Part shown: positions 50,597-63,419 of the stretch, one piece after another
How the letters are laid out: each line of letters starts with the position of its first letter
Numbering within the stretch: the stretch's first letter is position 1
Assembly (NCBI RefSeq): GCF_006345805.1
Contig: NC_042997.1
Coordinates: 64,852,001-64,916,000, forward strand
DNA: 64,000 nt
From: Octopus sinensis
Taxonomy: Eukaryota
Reading direction: 5' to 3'
The notes under the pieces: model-generated
What the model was told of the DNA's origin: nothing
The model's database searches: none
The model's input: only the letters and a program-made list of their open reading frames with translations
Translations under genes and position numbers: made by a program

Positions 50597-50637
<41 letters not shown>

Positions 50638-50770
50638 CAAATATATATATGTATGTATATTTTTATATTTATATATTATTTCATTTATTATTAATTAATT
50701 TATTTATTTATTTATTTTTATAAATAAATATCAAAAGTATTAAAAGTTTAATAAAAGATAAAGAGTAAAA

Positions 50771-50863
50771 CACTACGATCGTTTCATGGCTGTACCAATT
50801 CGAATAACAATAATTTAAATTCAATTAATAATTCGAGTTATGGTTACAGTCATTCTTCAGGTG
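50771..50863 (-). ncRNA. Type I hammerhead ribozyme with 68-nt stem II domain
   Basis: Minus strand CAC-CTGAAGA-[ATGACTGTAACCA...TGGTACAGCCAT]-GAAA-CGATCGTA-GTG. Perfect ACGAUCGU palindromic stem III. Confidence 0.75.
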
Positions 50864-52305
50864 AATTGAAATATTTTTAAAATAATCAGAAATATTTAAA
50901 CAGTATTTTTAAGATATAAATAATATAATAATTTTACTAATAATAAACTCTATTATCAAACTAGAAACTTAAAACTTGAAATTATGATTATATCAAAATC
51001 GATTATAATTTTAAATATTAATTTTAATTTATAAGGTAAGAAACCCAACAATAATCTAATATCGGTAATAGTCTATATCTAATTACATAAATATTTTTTT
51101 AAAAATGACTATTATATATAAATTATCAATGAAAGTATATAAATATATATAAATATTATAATTAAGATCTAAAATAATCTCTATAAATAGATATATATGC
51201 ACATATAATAAAGACCTAATAAATTAATTTTCCATATTTAAAGATGAAACAGCTAATTTCAAAAATACAAACAAACAAACTTAAACGAACTTTCGGAATT
51301 CTTATTTAAAATACTTATAGAAATAATCAATTCGTAGTTATATAGTATCGAATAAATACTATAAATACTATAAATATATTTATCAATGGGAATATACTAG
51401 CGAATATCAATTTAAAAAGACAATAACTGAGTTATGCTATTAAGTTAGACATGCCCTACACCAATCTTTGGTCGAAACACATCTAAGTTTATCTAAGTTT
51501 ATCTAATTTTAATTATAAGAAATTTAAAACTACAATTAATACTATTAAAACATGTATATACAAAAACCTATCTTTAGACAACTCGTATACTTGCTATCAA
51601 ACAACAAGTCTATCGCTAAGTAATATCTTACGAATAAACTTAAATTTAATATCTAATTCTATAGAAAATTACGATAATTAGATCATTACATAAACAACGA
51701 TATTTACATAAGGAAAATATTATTGCACCAAAGACTTATAAAATATTAAAATTTACAATTTAACGATCTTAAATATAAATAAATACTTATAGTAGCGAGG
51801 TTTTGTAATGAACTAAAATTTTGAATCGGAAAACGTCTTTACAGCGTTTATAAGAATACTCGTGGAATTACGTTATTAGCAAAAAAAGAATTAATTGTTG
51901 AAGAATTCATTAAGCGTGAGGAACAAATACGCTTTATCAATGAAGTTTATGAATGGGAACATTAATGGTTTATCAATAAGTGTAAATAGTATGAAGTCAC
52001 AAATAAAGAATAAAATCACTCTATACTATAAGATTTATTAATAAAATAACTATGAAAAATAATACTTAATACAGAATAAATTAAATAATTTAAATGATTA
52101 AAAACCAATAATTATTAAATATACTCTAAAAATCTTATATGATTAATCAATATATAAAAAATTTTTTTATAGTAACCCCTCATCTTACTATAAAGTCTTT
52201 CCCAAAGCTCTTATAATTATAAGCTAAAATTAGTGATCATAACCAAAATCTCTAAAATACTTATCAAAATTTGCGGTATACACATACACGTATACATATA
52301 TAAAT

Positions 52306-52375
<70 letters not shown>

Positions 52376-53107
52376 TATATATACACATACACATACAGAT
52401 ACATACACATACACATATACATACATATACATACATACACACATATATACACACACATACACACATACTCATATGCACACACATATATACACCCCCACAC
52501 ACACAGACATAAATAAATGTATATACATATACATATATATACACGCACATCAACCTATACACATATATACATACACACACAAACACATATATCATATAAA
52601 TAAATACGTATATAAATGTCTATATTCATACTTCAATACAAAAGAAGAGGTAAATATTAAGTTTAATCTAAATATTTAATCTTACTAATCTATACTTCTA
52701 TATTAAATAAAATAGATTAAATAAACAACTAAGTAAATCTATTTCAAATATAAGGAGATTACATACAAATAAATTAATTTAACAAAATTATAATCTAACA
52801 AAATTATAACAGAAACTTAACTTTATTATAAGATAAATAAAATTGTAACTTACCAAACTCTATATTTAATAAACCATTAAATATTTATTAAAAAATATAT
52901 TTAGTAATAAAATATTTAGAAATAAAATAAACAACTATATATAATATAACTATAATTAAAAACAGAACCTAAATAACTAAAATAAACTAATATAATAAAT
53001 ACTATAAATGACCTACTATATTTAGAATACTATTACATAAATCAACAAATAAGGAGCTAATTAAGGCTAAGAAATATTCATTATTTATCAAGAAATTTAT
53101 TATATAA

Positions 53108-53862
53108 TTAAAGTAACTTGTGTCTGCATTTTATTTTGCGCTCATCCCAGGTATTCACTAAATTATCATGCTTATAAAATAAAATTTCCTTAAACTCATT
53201 TGAACATAAATAACAAAAATTCCCTCCTATACTATATGATTTAGCCTTTCTAATTATTTCCCATGATAAATCATAATTAATATTTTGGGATTTAAGTTCC
53301 AAAATGTACTTGCTAAGTCCAGTGGAGTTAATTAAGTTTTTATTTTTAAATGAATGCATATGCTCTGCGATTCTTAATTTTATTTTAGAGGAAGTGGTCA
53401 CTACATATATATCGCGTTTGAGTTATTATTATTCTTGTTATTCTCATTATGTAATGTAACTATACATTTATACACTACATCGTTAATATCACATTCATTA
53501 TTTAATTTGCATTTAGTTTTATCTCTACATGTACAGTTATCTTTTTTATTATTGGTATTATAATATAATTTATTTTTATAAAAATTATTCAGTTTAAATT
53601 TGTTAAAAGAAGAAATAATGTTACCTACACTATTAGTGGTAGAATAATTTACTCCAAAATTATTACTAGAGAAAATGTTTTTATATTTACGATTATCTCG
53701 AATAAATAGTTCAATAATATCTAAAATCTCTTTAATAATGTTCGTTTTAACTTGAGCACCATAAGGAACTATTAACCAAATTTTATTGTTATTTTTCTTC
53801 TTATTATTATTAAAACTATCATTATTATTGTTACCATTATTATTATTATATTTCTTTATCAT
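53108..53862 (-). pseudogene. PLE linker plus GIY-YIG endonuclease, frameshifted at the YIG motif
   Basis: IWLIVPYGAQVKTNI..., CTCRDKTKCKLNNECDINDVVYKC, then (fs) TTSSKIKLRIAEHMHSF..STGLSKYILELK..LSWEII..CYLCSNE..CRH. Confidence 0.8.
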
Positions 53863-53969
53863 ATTATTTTTATTATTGGATTTAAATTTATAATTAACAT
53901 TTAAAGAATTATTAAAGTTATTATATATCTATCTATCTATCTATCTATCTATATATATATATATATATA

Positions 53970-54303
53970 ACGGGAAGCTTTATGAAAATAAACAAAAGAC
54001 GAAGGCAGGTGGAAAACAAACGAACAATTGTATTAGTATGGCGCTCAGGAAATATAAATAAAACAAGTCTTTAACGTTTCGAGCCTACGCTCTTCAACAG
54101 AAAGATACACAGAGAGAGAAAAACACAGAAAGAAGGAGAGAAAAAAATGCGTATATATATATATACCGGTATATATATATACCGGAGTAAACACATAAAT
54201 GTGAAACAAGGTGGAAAAAAGAGTACTCAAATACCAGTGGTAGAGTAATATGCTTTATTTTAAGCAGCAGATTTTGTTGAATTTTCTGCTGCTTAAAATA
54301 AAG

Positions 54304-54305
<2 letters not shown>
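53970..54305 (-). mobile_element. Solo PLE pseudo-LTR fragment with hammerhead-like motif and terminal hairpin
   Basis: Motif at 54068-54105. Perfect 19-bp stem at 54253-54303. (TA)n on both sides. Confidence 0.6.
54068..54105 (-). ncRNA. Minimal hammerhead-like motif with A6U core change
   Basis: Minus strand TCTTT-CTGTTGA-A-GAGC(gtag)GCTC-GAAA-CGTT-AAAGA. 5-bp stem I, 4-bp stem II, ACGU palindrome. Confidence 0.55.
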
Positions 54306-54349
<44 letters not shown>

Positions 54350-54762
54350 TGTATATACATATGTATATATAAGTATATATATACAATATTTATATAAATG
54401 GTATGTATATATATAAATATAGTTGTATATGTGTATGTGCATATGATGTGCCTTCACATATCAAAGACTTACCTTCATGGCATCTTGTGCACTATTACCC
54501 CTGGCGGAGCGCATCTCACAGTAGATGTAGCTAATGACATTCCATCCTGAAGAGTAAAGTACAGAGATACAGACACAGAGAAAGAAAGTGCGAGAGTAGA
54601 ATTGGTCCCAGCACAGATACTTTATGTACTGACCCCGAATCGATGAATGCATGGTTACGCTCTAGTGTATGTTAACTGAAAACGCAGAACGAGGTATTAA
54701 CAAATACTAAATCTCTCCGGCAACCTAATGATACTGTCAGTTAGCATAAATGCATACACACC

Positions 54763-55941
54763 TACAGGAGTTGGACAAAATAATGGAAACTCCTTTAATT
54801 TTCAAACAAATTTATTTTAATATGGGGGTAGGACCACTTTGGCAGTAATTAGAGCTTCAATTCTACGAGGAATGGGCTCGTAGAAAGATGGAATTGTTTC
54901 TAAAGGAATTTTCGTTCATTCTTCAGCTAAAACAGTCACTAGTTCTTCAAGTGATGTTGGTAAAGGATATCGGCTCCCTACTCGTTTTTCAAAAATGTAC
55001 CATATATGAGATCTGGGGTCTGTGGCGACCGGCAAAATGTTCCTTGAGATGTGCGAATTGGTGCATTATCATCCTGAAAGATTGCGTTTCCCTCCGGAAA
55101 CTGTTCCGCAAACATACGTTGAATTTGATCAGATAAAATGCTTAAATAGTCCTGACTATTAATTCTGCCATGATGGGAAACCATTGGGTCGGCGGAGTTT
55201 CAAGATATAGCTCACCCCACAGATCATTACGGATCCTCCATGTCTAACAGTTGGAAGAAAACAGTCGGGTCAGATGCTTCTTTTGGCTGTCTCTAGGTAT
55301 ACTCAGCCGGTGGTCGAAAATAAGGTAAAGAATTACCCGTCTGAGAAAATAACATTCTTCTGCTGCTCTAGGGACCAATTCTGTAGGTTTTTACACCACT
55401 CTAAACGCTTTGCAACGTTTGTTTTTCAAAGTAGTGGTTTTCTGATTGCAGTCCTCCAGTGAAATCCGGCTTGTGCAGCTCCCGGCGAACAGTTTTTGTG
55501 GGAACTGAGTTCTCGAGGTGGTCAATGAGCGCTGCAGGAATTTTGGGAGCTGTACTTTTGTGATCCTTTCTAACAATCTGACAGTCCCGATCTGAAAGTT
55601 TCGGTTTTCTTTCTGAGTTTTGTTTCGACGAGGAGGTTTTTCCATCTTTCTCAAATGCATTTTGATACGCTATACATTTCGGCTGTTTTCTTAATTTTAG
55701 TGCCTACCAGACGAGCACCAACAAATTTACCTCTTTGAAAGTCCGATAGATCTGTCATTTTAATGAATTTTAATGACCTTATTCTGATGATATCTGAAAG
55801 GAAACAGCAATTTTAGCAAAGCATATTACGCAACACTAATAATAAATTAAAAAACATAAAAATAATCGATTGTTTTATCGATATCTCAAAATTATGATGC
55901 TATGATGCTAGGTTTTTCCATTATTTTGTCCAACCCCTGTA
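54763..55941 (-). mobile_element. Tc1-family transposon relic with TIRs
   Basis: TACAGGAGTTGGACAAAATAATGGAAA ... TTTCCATTATTTTGTCCAACCCCTGTA. Minus strand MTDLSDFQRGKFVGARL and IFQDDNAPIRT..PQTPDL. Confidence 0.9.
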
Positions 55942-56217
55942 CATATGTATCCATGTATGTATGTGTGTGTGTAATTCTTTGGAATATATTTTGTTATCGT
56001 TTTTCGTTTATAGAATTAAGGATGGTAACTAGTAAAATGTTAAGTCTCAGTTGTTTATGTCAAGACAACTTTTGATCGATTTATGCATTGATATGTGTTG
56101 TACTGTACATATGCGAGTGCTTGTTGATCAACTTGTTCTTGGGCGAACGTGTTGCGACAAAATTCATGTATTTTTCATTACGGTGTATTTGTATGAGTCC
56201 ATACATAGCACCCACAT

Positions 56218-56284
<67 letters not shown>

Positions 56285-57009
56285 CATACATATATACATA
56301 CATACATATATACAGGCATACATACGTGCATACATACATACATAAATACATACACACACATGTATATGAGTAAAACAACTAGTTTTAAATCCCTAAATAA
56401 AAGCTAAGTAGTAACTATACTGCATAGTAAAATGTATTTGCCAACGAGATCAGTTACTGACTATTTCTTATATATTCATATTCAGTGCGTAGGGTCGAGT
56501 AAACCGCTATTTCTGGACGGCGGTTGTCCAGCACAGAGGACGGGAAATTACCCAGAAACTATTGGCCTGTTGATAATGCTAGTCGCTAGTAGAGAGTAGT
56601 ACGCTCACCTTATATTGCCGACACAGGGCGTGTGTCGATAACCAGCTGGAAAAGATGTTATCCTGCGGCTAAAATGTAGTAACATGGTCCTACGCAGGAA
56701 TGCCGCCTTACGATGGCAAAGAGATTTTACTATATATATATACATATGCGAAAGTATGCAAATGTTCACCCAACAACCTCAGTTGTAGAATAGCTTGTTA
56801 TTTTTAAAATTTTCATTGTTCCTCTACTCGAATGAATCTAGAGAATATAACCGAAAGAGATTCTACGATCCCCAGGCTAGAGTTACATGCCTCGTCGAGT
56901 AGGGTTAATCCAGAGGTCCTTGGGAGGAACCCTACTTCAGCTACTTGTGTTTGCTATCGTACGCCTTTTCTGAATATCCATTATTCATGTCCTTAGGTGA
57001 GAATGTAGA

Positions 57010-57251
57010 TAAATAGAGAGATAGATAGACAGACAGATAGATAGATAAATATTTTATAAAATTAGACAGACAGACAGGCAGACATACAGTCGGATAGGCA
57101 GACCAGACAGAAAGACAGACAGACAAACAGACAGACAGACAGGCAGGCAGACAGACAGACAGGCAGACAGATAGATAGATAGATAGATAGATTGATAGAG
57201 AGATAGATTGATAGAGAGATAGATATATAGATAGATAGATAGATAGATAGT

Positions 57252-57292
<41 letters not shown>
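57010..57292. repeat. (GATA)n/(GACA)n microsatellite
   Basis: Directly visible. Further (GATA)n at about 57790-57975 and 63045-63150. Confidence 0.95.
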
Positions 57293-57293
<1 letters not shown>

Positions 57294-57780
57294 CGTTTCT
57301 TTATTGGCCACACAGGGCTGCACACAGATGGGACAAATTACAAGGTAGAGCTTTTCTTTTGGGGGATGAAAAAACAAAAAAAACAAAAAAAACTAAAGAA
57401 AAAAAGTGGCGTAGGTTTTCGATCAAAAAGGATCGTAAAAGGAAAAAAGGAAAAGAAACAAAAGAAAAGAAAAAGGAAAAAAGAAGAAAAAAGAGGAAAA
57501 AGAGTAAGAGGGAAAAAAACGATCAATAGGTATCGTGTATCACAGTGTCACGATGTACGGTGTAAAGGGGGAAGCAGATAAGGTTTATCCGTGGGAAGAA
57601 AAGCCTACGAAAAAGACCACGGTAACCTCGGTCAATATTGTTATATGTTACCATATTTGTTTGCAAGTGGGTAACCCTCTGTTTTCGATTTCTGGGTTCA
57701 TAGGACTGTGCTCAAGGTGCCTTCGTCATTCCTACGTGCCATCATTGCTACATTCACTCATCTTTTTTTAAAACATTCGC
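57293..57780 (-). mobile_element. 3' end of a non-LTR retrotransposon (L1/Tx1-like, tentative) inside (GATA)n
   Basis: The minus strand ends ...gccctgtgtggccaataaagaaacg followed by (TATC)n. Pyrimidine-rich 3' UTR and a short terminal reading frame remnant (KR*VNVAMMAR). The clade call is from recall only. Confidence 0.45.
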
Positions 57781-57790
57781 TAGACAAAAT

Positions 57791-57922
<132 letters not shown>

Positions 57923-57974
57923 GTTGTAATGATATATATTTGATAAACTTAGTTAGATAAGTAAATAGATAGAT

Positions 57975-59330
57975 AGGTAAGTAGCGTGCTTACGCATGCA
58001 CTGTTTTTAGTGTTGTTCTTCGCACTAAAGAAGTCGCACGCTATTTTGTAGCTGCGAATTATTGACAGAAAGAGCTTAACTGTAAGGTAAGGCTTTTGTT
58101 TTTTGGGTCCAGTGGGGTTTTGTTGTTTAGTGTGTAATATTTTTCCCAGGCAAAGTGTCCTCACTGGATTCTAGACATTTGTCGGCTTGTTGTTGAGTAT
58201 TATTGTTCCCTTGAGGTGAATTGTTTGGGGACATGTCTCACCTCAAAAAAAGTTGTGAAATTCGTTGAATTTTACCAAAAATTGTGGATTTTACCAAAAA
58301 GTCGTAAAATTCGTGGAATTGTACCAATTTGTGGAGGTCTGTTCCTGCTAGTGGATTACTCTAGACAAGGAGTACTGTCGGCCGGAATTGTGCTTTAGTG
58401 AATTCTGCCGGTGTTTTTTCTTCGAACGTTTTTTGAACTTGCATTGACTTTTTTTGGACTCAAACTGATAAGGTGTTGGAGTGAAAAATTGCCCCACCCA
58501 AACAAAGGATAAAAGGTCTTCAGGAGAGAACGATGGTGCTGCAAAAGTACGCTTGACACCATCACCCTCTTCAAAAAGATTGATATAGATAGAGAGAGAG
58601 AGAGCCAGCAGAATACATGCCAACTGTAAAATTTATTTCCTGGAATGTCAAATATGCGACGGTGTGATTGCTATTTGATACCGATGAAGAGACTCGCAAT
58701 TTTGCCAGTCAGCTCTTAGAGGGCGAAGTGATATTGTTTCTTCCAACGTATTGTGGGAAGAAGTTGACAAGGGCGTTGGTATGCGGGTTTCTACCCGGGA
58801 TAGAACTCGAGTGGATAGAAGACACTATCCGCTGTGGTCAGAGTGGTAGCGGAGCCAAGCTCCTCAATGTAAAAAAATAGTCTGCGGCTGATTAGGTGAG
58901 ATCAAAAGTGGTTTTGAACCTGTGGACCCAATCGGCCAAGAAACTTGTGTTTCCAGATTTTCTTAAAATGGCCGGTTGTAGATATCTTGTGAGTCTTGAG
59001 GGACGCCCCCACCCCCCAAGTGTCACCTGTACCTGGAACCAGACCACATTAAAAAGAACTGTCCCCAGGACCAAAGTAGGGTCCTGGAACAGTCAGTTAT
59101 GGAAGAACCCCCACCTCCCCCTTCGGATGGAGAGATGGAGTCAGTGGAGACCTCCCCGGAAAAAAGCGGCAAAAGAGCAAGAAGATGGGCAAAAATGGTT
59201 GCCCACCGAAGGACCCCAAGGCTGCATGAGGGAAGGAAGATCCTATGTAAGTGTCCTAGTGTCTCACTTTTAAGGGCTTTGTGTTATTTTTGGTAAGAGG
59301 CTGAGTGCCTCATTGTAAGGACCGTGTGTC
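57975..59330 (+). mobile_element. 5' part of a non-LTR element with gag-like ORF1 remnant (L1/Tx1-like, tentative)
   Basis: FDTDEETRNFASQLL..FLPTYCGKKLTR.., then VSLEGRP(fs)KCHLYLEPDHIKKNCP, a decayed CX2CX4HX4C knuckle. Starts right after (GATA)n. Confidence 0.55.
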
Positions 59331-60139
59331 CAAGCGGAACATTAATAAGATGTTTATTACCTCAAATTGTATGTTTTCTAAAAGAACAATGTTTTAGAGA
59401 AGCAGAGTTCGACGGGCGTCTTCTTCCTTCCCTCATTAATACCATCTTTTCATCAATCATCTTATTAATGTTATTGTCCAGCCCGCAGCTACTACTTCTA
59501 TGTAATGCCTTGATGGTAAATTGAATGAAATAAAGTAGGTAGATAGATAGATAAATAGATAGATAGATCTGTTGAACAATTTTATACGCAACAGTGAAAC
59601 AATTTCTATAAATTTATTATCTCCTTATTAACTTGTATAAATACGTATATTTCTTTTGATGATTTGAACTGTGCCATTAATCATTCATTGATTTAATCGC
59701 GTCCTTATCCTCAAAGCAGTTAGCTGCATCAAAATGTTTCGTGAAATTTCTACATTATTGCGTCTATGCTGAGTGTAATACTTAAATTCCTTACATATAG
59801 CATCGAAAGTAATGTCATTACAAATAGAAATAATAAAATAAGGAGGGTAATAATATAGTGTTTAGAATATTTCTAACTCTGATATATCAATATATGCTTC
59901 ATTGTATATATAATTCGTTTCGAAGCCTCTCTCAGAAAGCTATTTATTTTAATTATAATTACCATTGCCGTTCAATCACTTAGAAGCAACTCGTAATTAC
60001 ATTTTTATCAAACATTTATTTGAATGCTCTCAATGGGAAAATGTGAGACATTTCTTCCCTTGATATGTCTTTACTTCAGAAGCTTACTTTTCATTGCTCA
60101 GTTCTCAGCACTATTAGCTTAAATGTGAATAAGTTGAGG

Positions 60140-61580
60140 GTTAAAAACATATAGAATTTACCAATTTGTTTGGCATCTTACTGAAACCCATTCTTAAAAA
60201 TATCGAAAACTCCATTAGAGATCATCTCGATATGTTACCCGAGACAATAAATGAAAAGACAGGCATGGTATCCTTCGATGTTTTGAACCTGTATACTAAT
60301 ATCCTACACGACTATGGAATAGAATCATTCAAATTCTGGTTGGAAGAATTATCCAGTAGATTTACCAGGAACAAGGTATTTATAATTGAAGCATGAAAAT
60401 TCATTCCCCAGAAAATTACTTCTTGTTTGTTACCAATGACTACCGATATGAATGTGGAAAGGCGATGGGTACAAAAGCAGCCCCAGTTCTTACTAACTTA
60501 GTAATGGAGTGTTTAAAATCGGCAATATATCAAAATATCGATACTCATTTTACCAATATGTGAACAAGAAATGATAGCTGGATGACTGTCTTATTTTTTG
60601 GAATGTAAGTATTGATACATCATTCTAATTTAAAACCCTGCTTAATGATATAAATGCTACCATTCAATTTGCTAAGGAATACAGCAAAGAGAAACTTCCA
60701 TTCCTTGATATTTTAATTTAGAAAGTAAACAACCAAATTGAAACCGATATCTATTATAAATCCACAGACTCGAGGCAATACGTACTACATAACTCATGCA
60801 CTAGAAGCAGATTAAAATAAATTTAGAAAAGGATTCGCGGAAACGGGATTTGCGACACCATGAACATATACATATATTAGTCGAGAGATATTATCCACGA
60901 TCACTGACAGCTAATGGGATATAAAATGTACCAAGAGAATTGATATCCAAACACCGAGAGAAATATAAAACGAAATAATAAACCCGATCAAACATTACTA
61001 CCCTATATTTCTAGCCACAATTCTAGAAACAATGAGGCATATAACCCTATTATTCAAAATTTACCTATGCTCACTAAGATGAACTAACTTCTACGCACAC
61101 ACAAATTTATCAAACGCAAAACCAACCAAAGTCACTTGGAGAATATTGACAGTTGTGAAAATTGAACCCAACAGCAACAGAACCAAGAGTGAAAAGATGC
61201 GGGGATCCAAACTATGGAAAATGTCTCATCTTCCTGAAAGGGCTGAAATTCCACTTCAAACAAAGCCAAAGATTCAAACATAAGACTGAGTTTACACCTG
61301 CATCTGAAAACTTAATATATGTGATAACTTGTTGAGGATGTGTCCTCAGCTATATAGGTTGACCAAGTATACCTCTCAGACAGAGAATAGTATAGTGAAA
61401 AAACTGTTTTCCCAGGTGTAGGTAAATGCCGTTAAGTAATAGAGAGATACGAAGGACTTCTCCAACCAAATTTCATAATTTCTTTCCCTATTTACTAATG
61501 CAACGACAAATTCTGTACAACAACCGTCAGATATAATATCTTCCTTTATTGAAAAATACGAACCACACTTGATTATGAAG
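60140..61580 (+). mobile_element. Heavily degraded PLE (RT to GIY-YIG), related to the 37-39 kb element
   Basis: ILLKPILKNI..IRD, SFDVLNLYTNILHDYGIE, GKAMGTKAAP, KLPFLDILI, ETDIYYKS, FTPASENLIYVITC. Many stops and frameshifts. Confidence 0.8.
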
Positions 61581-61959
61581 ATATAACCGATTTTAGAATT
61601 TGTAAATATCTTAATTACTAAATATACAATTGCATTACCTAATCGTAAACAAAAACCGATAATAACCCCAACCCAGCTTGCTTCTAATACTTATAAATTA
61701 CCTCTCGTCAAAAATTGATTTCCTTCCAGATTCATTCACAAAATATCATTCCTATTACTAAAATAGAATGAAAACATCCTATGGTTGATGTAATTGTAAT
61801 ATTATCACTAAATGTTTAATCCTGATTAGCAAAAGCGAAACCGATCGCTTTTGTAACTATTTCATCGCATAAAACAATATATATATTCTATACGTCAACC
61901 AGCCATTGACTTTTTCGCCACAATATATCACGGGTGGATTTTTCTTTCAGCGAAGCTTG

Positions 61960-62026
<67 letters not shown>

Positions 62027-62884
62027 TAGCAGAGATACAGCACTCCGGGCGGTTTTCTGCTTTCCACTCAATAATATTTCCACATGTGATTCCGACATCT
62101 AATAATTTTCATATTTTAAGTCTAATTATTTTTTAGTATTATAGTCCTCTCTTGCTTAGTAAATACTGCTTTCATTATTTTATCACAGTCATAATCTCCC
62201 TTTTTTTAAACAAACATCAACGTAGTCCAACTACGTTTAATGTGTCAAACATATCAGCAATCACATATAGATATTTTAATAACTAAAGCGTATCAAATAG
62301 CCAAATCAGCAAATTCAATTGCTAATTCTTCGGTAACGACAGAAAGAAAATATGTCATATGAGTCCGAAGCTTCAGTAAATTTTTTAAAATTCGTCCAAT
62401 GTAATTTATTTTCAGTATGCATAAACAATAAACTGAGGGCATTTACACAGCAAATTTAAGTAAGCAAAGTACCCGTTTTCCTCATTCGAAATAACGAAAT
62501 AAAACTTGAAAGGAAAAAAACTGTAATGAATATGTCTTAAGTAGATTATTATTAATGAAAACAATTAGAGGCGGGAGGGAGAGAAAGTGAGATTGTGTTG
62601 CAAATGAAAAGAAAAACATTTGTGAGAACATATTAATACTGCTTATCAAATGTTAAAACTCACTCTGCAGTGAACGTAAAGCTTGGCAACAAATATCTAA
62701 ATTTGTGATAGTAAATAATAACAGACGCTTCGCAAATGCTATTTTTATCGATATATATTAACAGAAGAATTTATAAAAAGTTTCCAGGGTCAAACCTACA
62801 ATATGGCTATTATGGAAGGTGTGACTAACTAACTAACGGCCATCACAGGATTTTATAAGTAGATATATAGCTGAGTCAATCTGT

Positions 62885-62964
<80 letters not shown>

Positions 62965-63073
62965 TGTGTGTATGTGTGTCTATATATGTATATTTATCAT
63001 TCATAATTGGTAGAACTTACAGAGCTGTGCATATACAGACAGATAAACAGATAGATAGATAGATAGATAGATT

Positions 63074-63152
<79 letters not shown>

Positions 63153-63419
63153 GAATGGATGGATGGATGGATGGATGGATATACACACACAGACGCACGC
63201 ACGTACAAAACACTTGTACTGTGGTAACACATGGAAATGGCGTTTCCTTATTTTTTCGTATATACCCAAATTTAAAATGATCTCATATAACGATATCATT
63301 CATCCAACATGTGTTGAAATATGCCAAAACCATTTCATTCCTCACAAATGTATGCTAGTGTACATATAGTGTATGTGTTAATTCTATTTGCTGAAACTTG
63401 CTAAAAAGCATATTTTGCT

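Larger units (their letters stand above)
50330..53870 (-). mobile_element. PLE-related element: GIY-YIG region plus ~2.8-kb AT-rich tail with hammerhead; no RT visible
   Basis: ORF remnants at 53108-53862, hammerhead at 50771-50863, and a 3' end homologous to 1400-1560. Confidence 0.65.

Noticed and set aside
61818-61856. CTGATTA-GC(aaaa)GC-GAAA hammerhead-like string
   Set aside because: G8 is missing, there is no UH site or stem III, and an alternative hairpin AAAAGCGA/TCGCTTTT explains the sequence.
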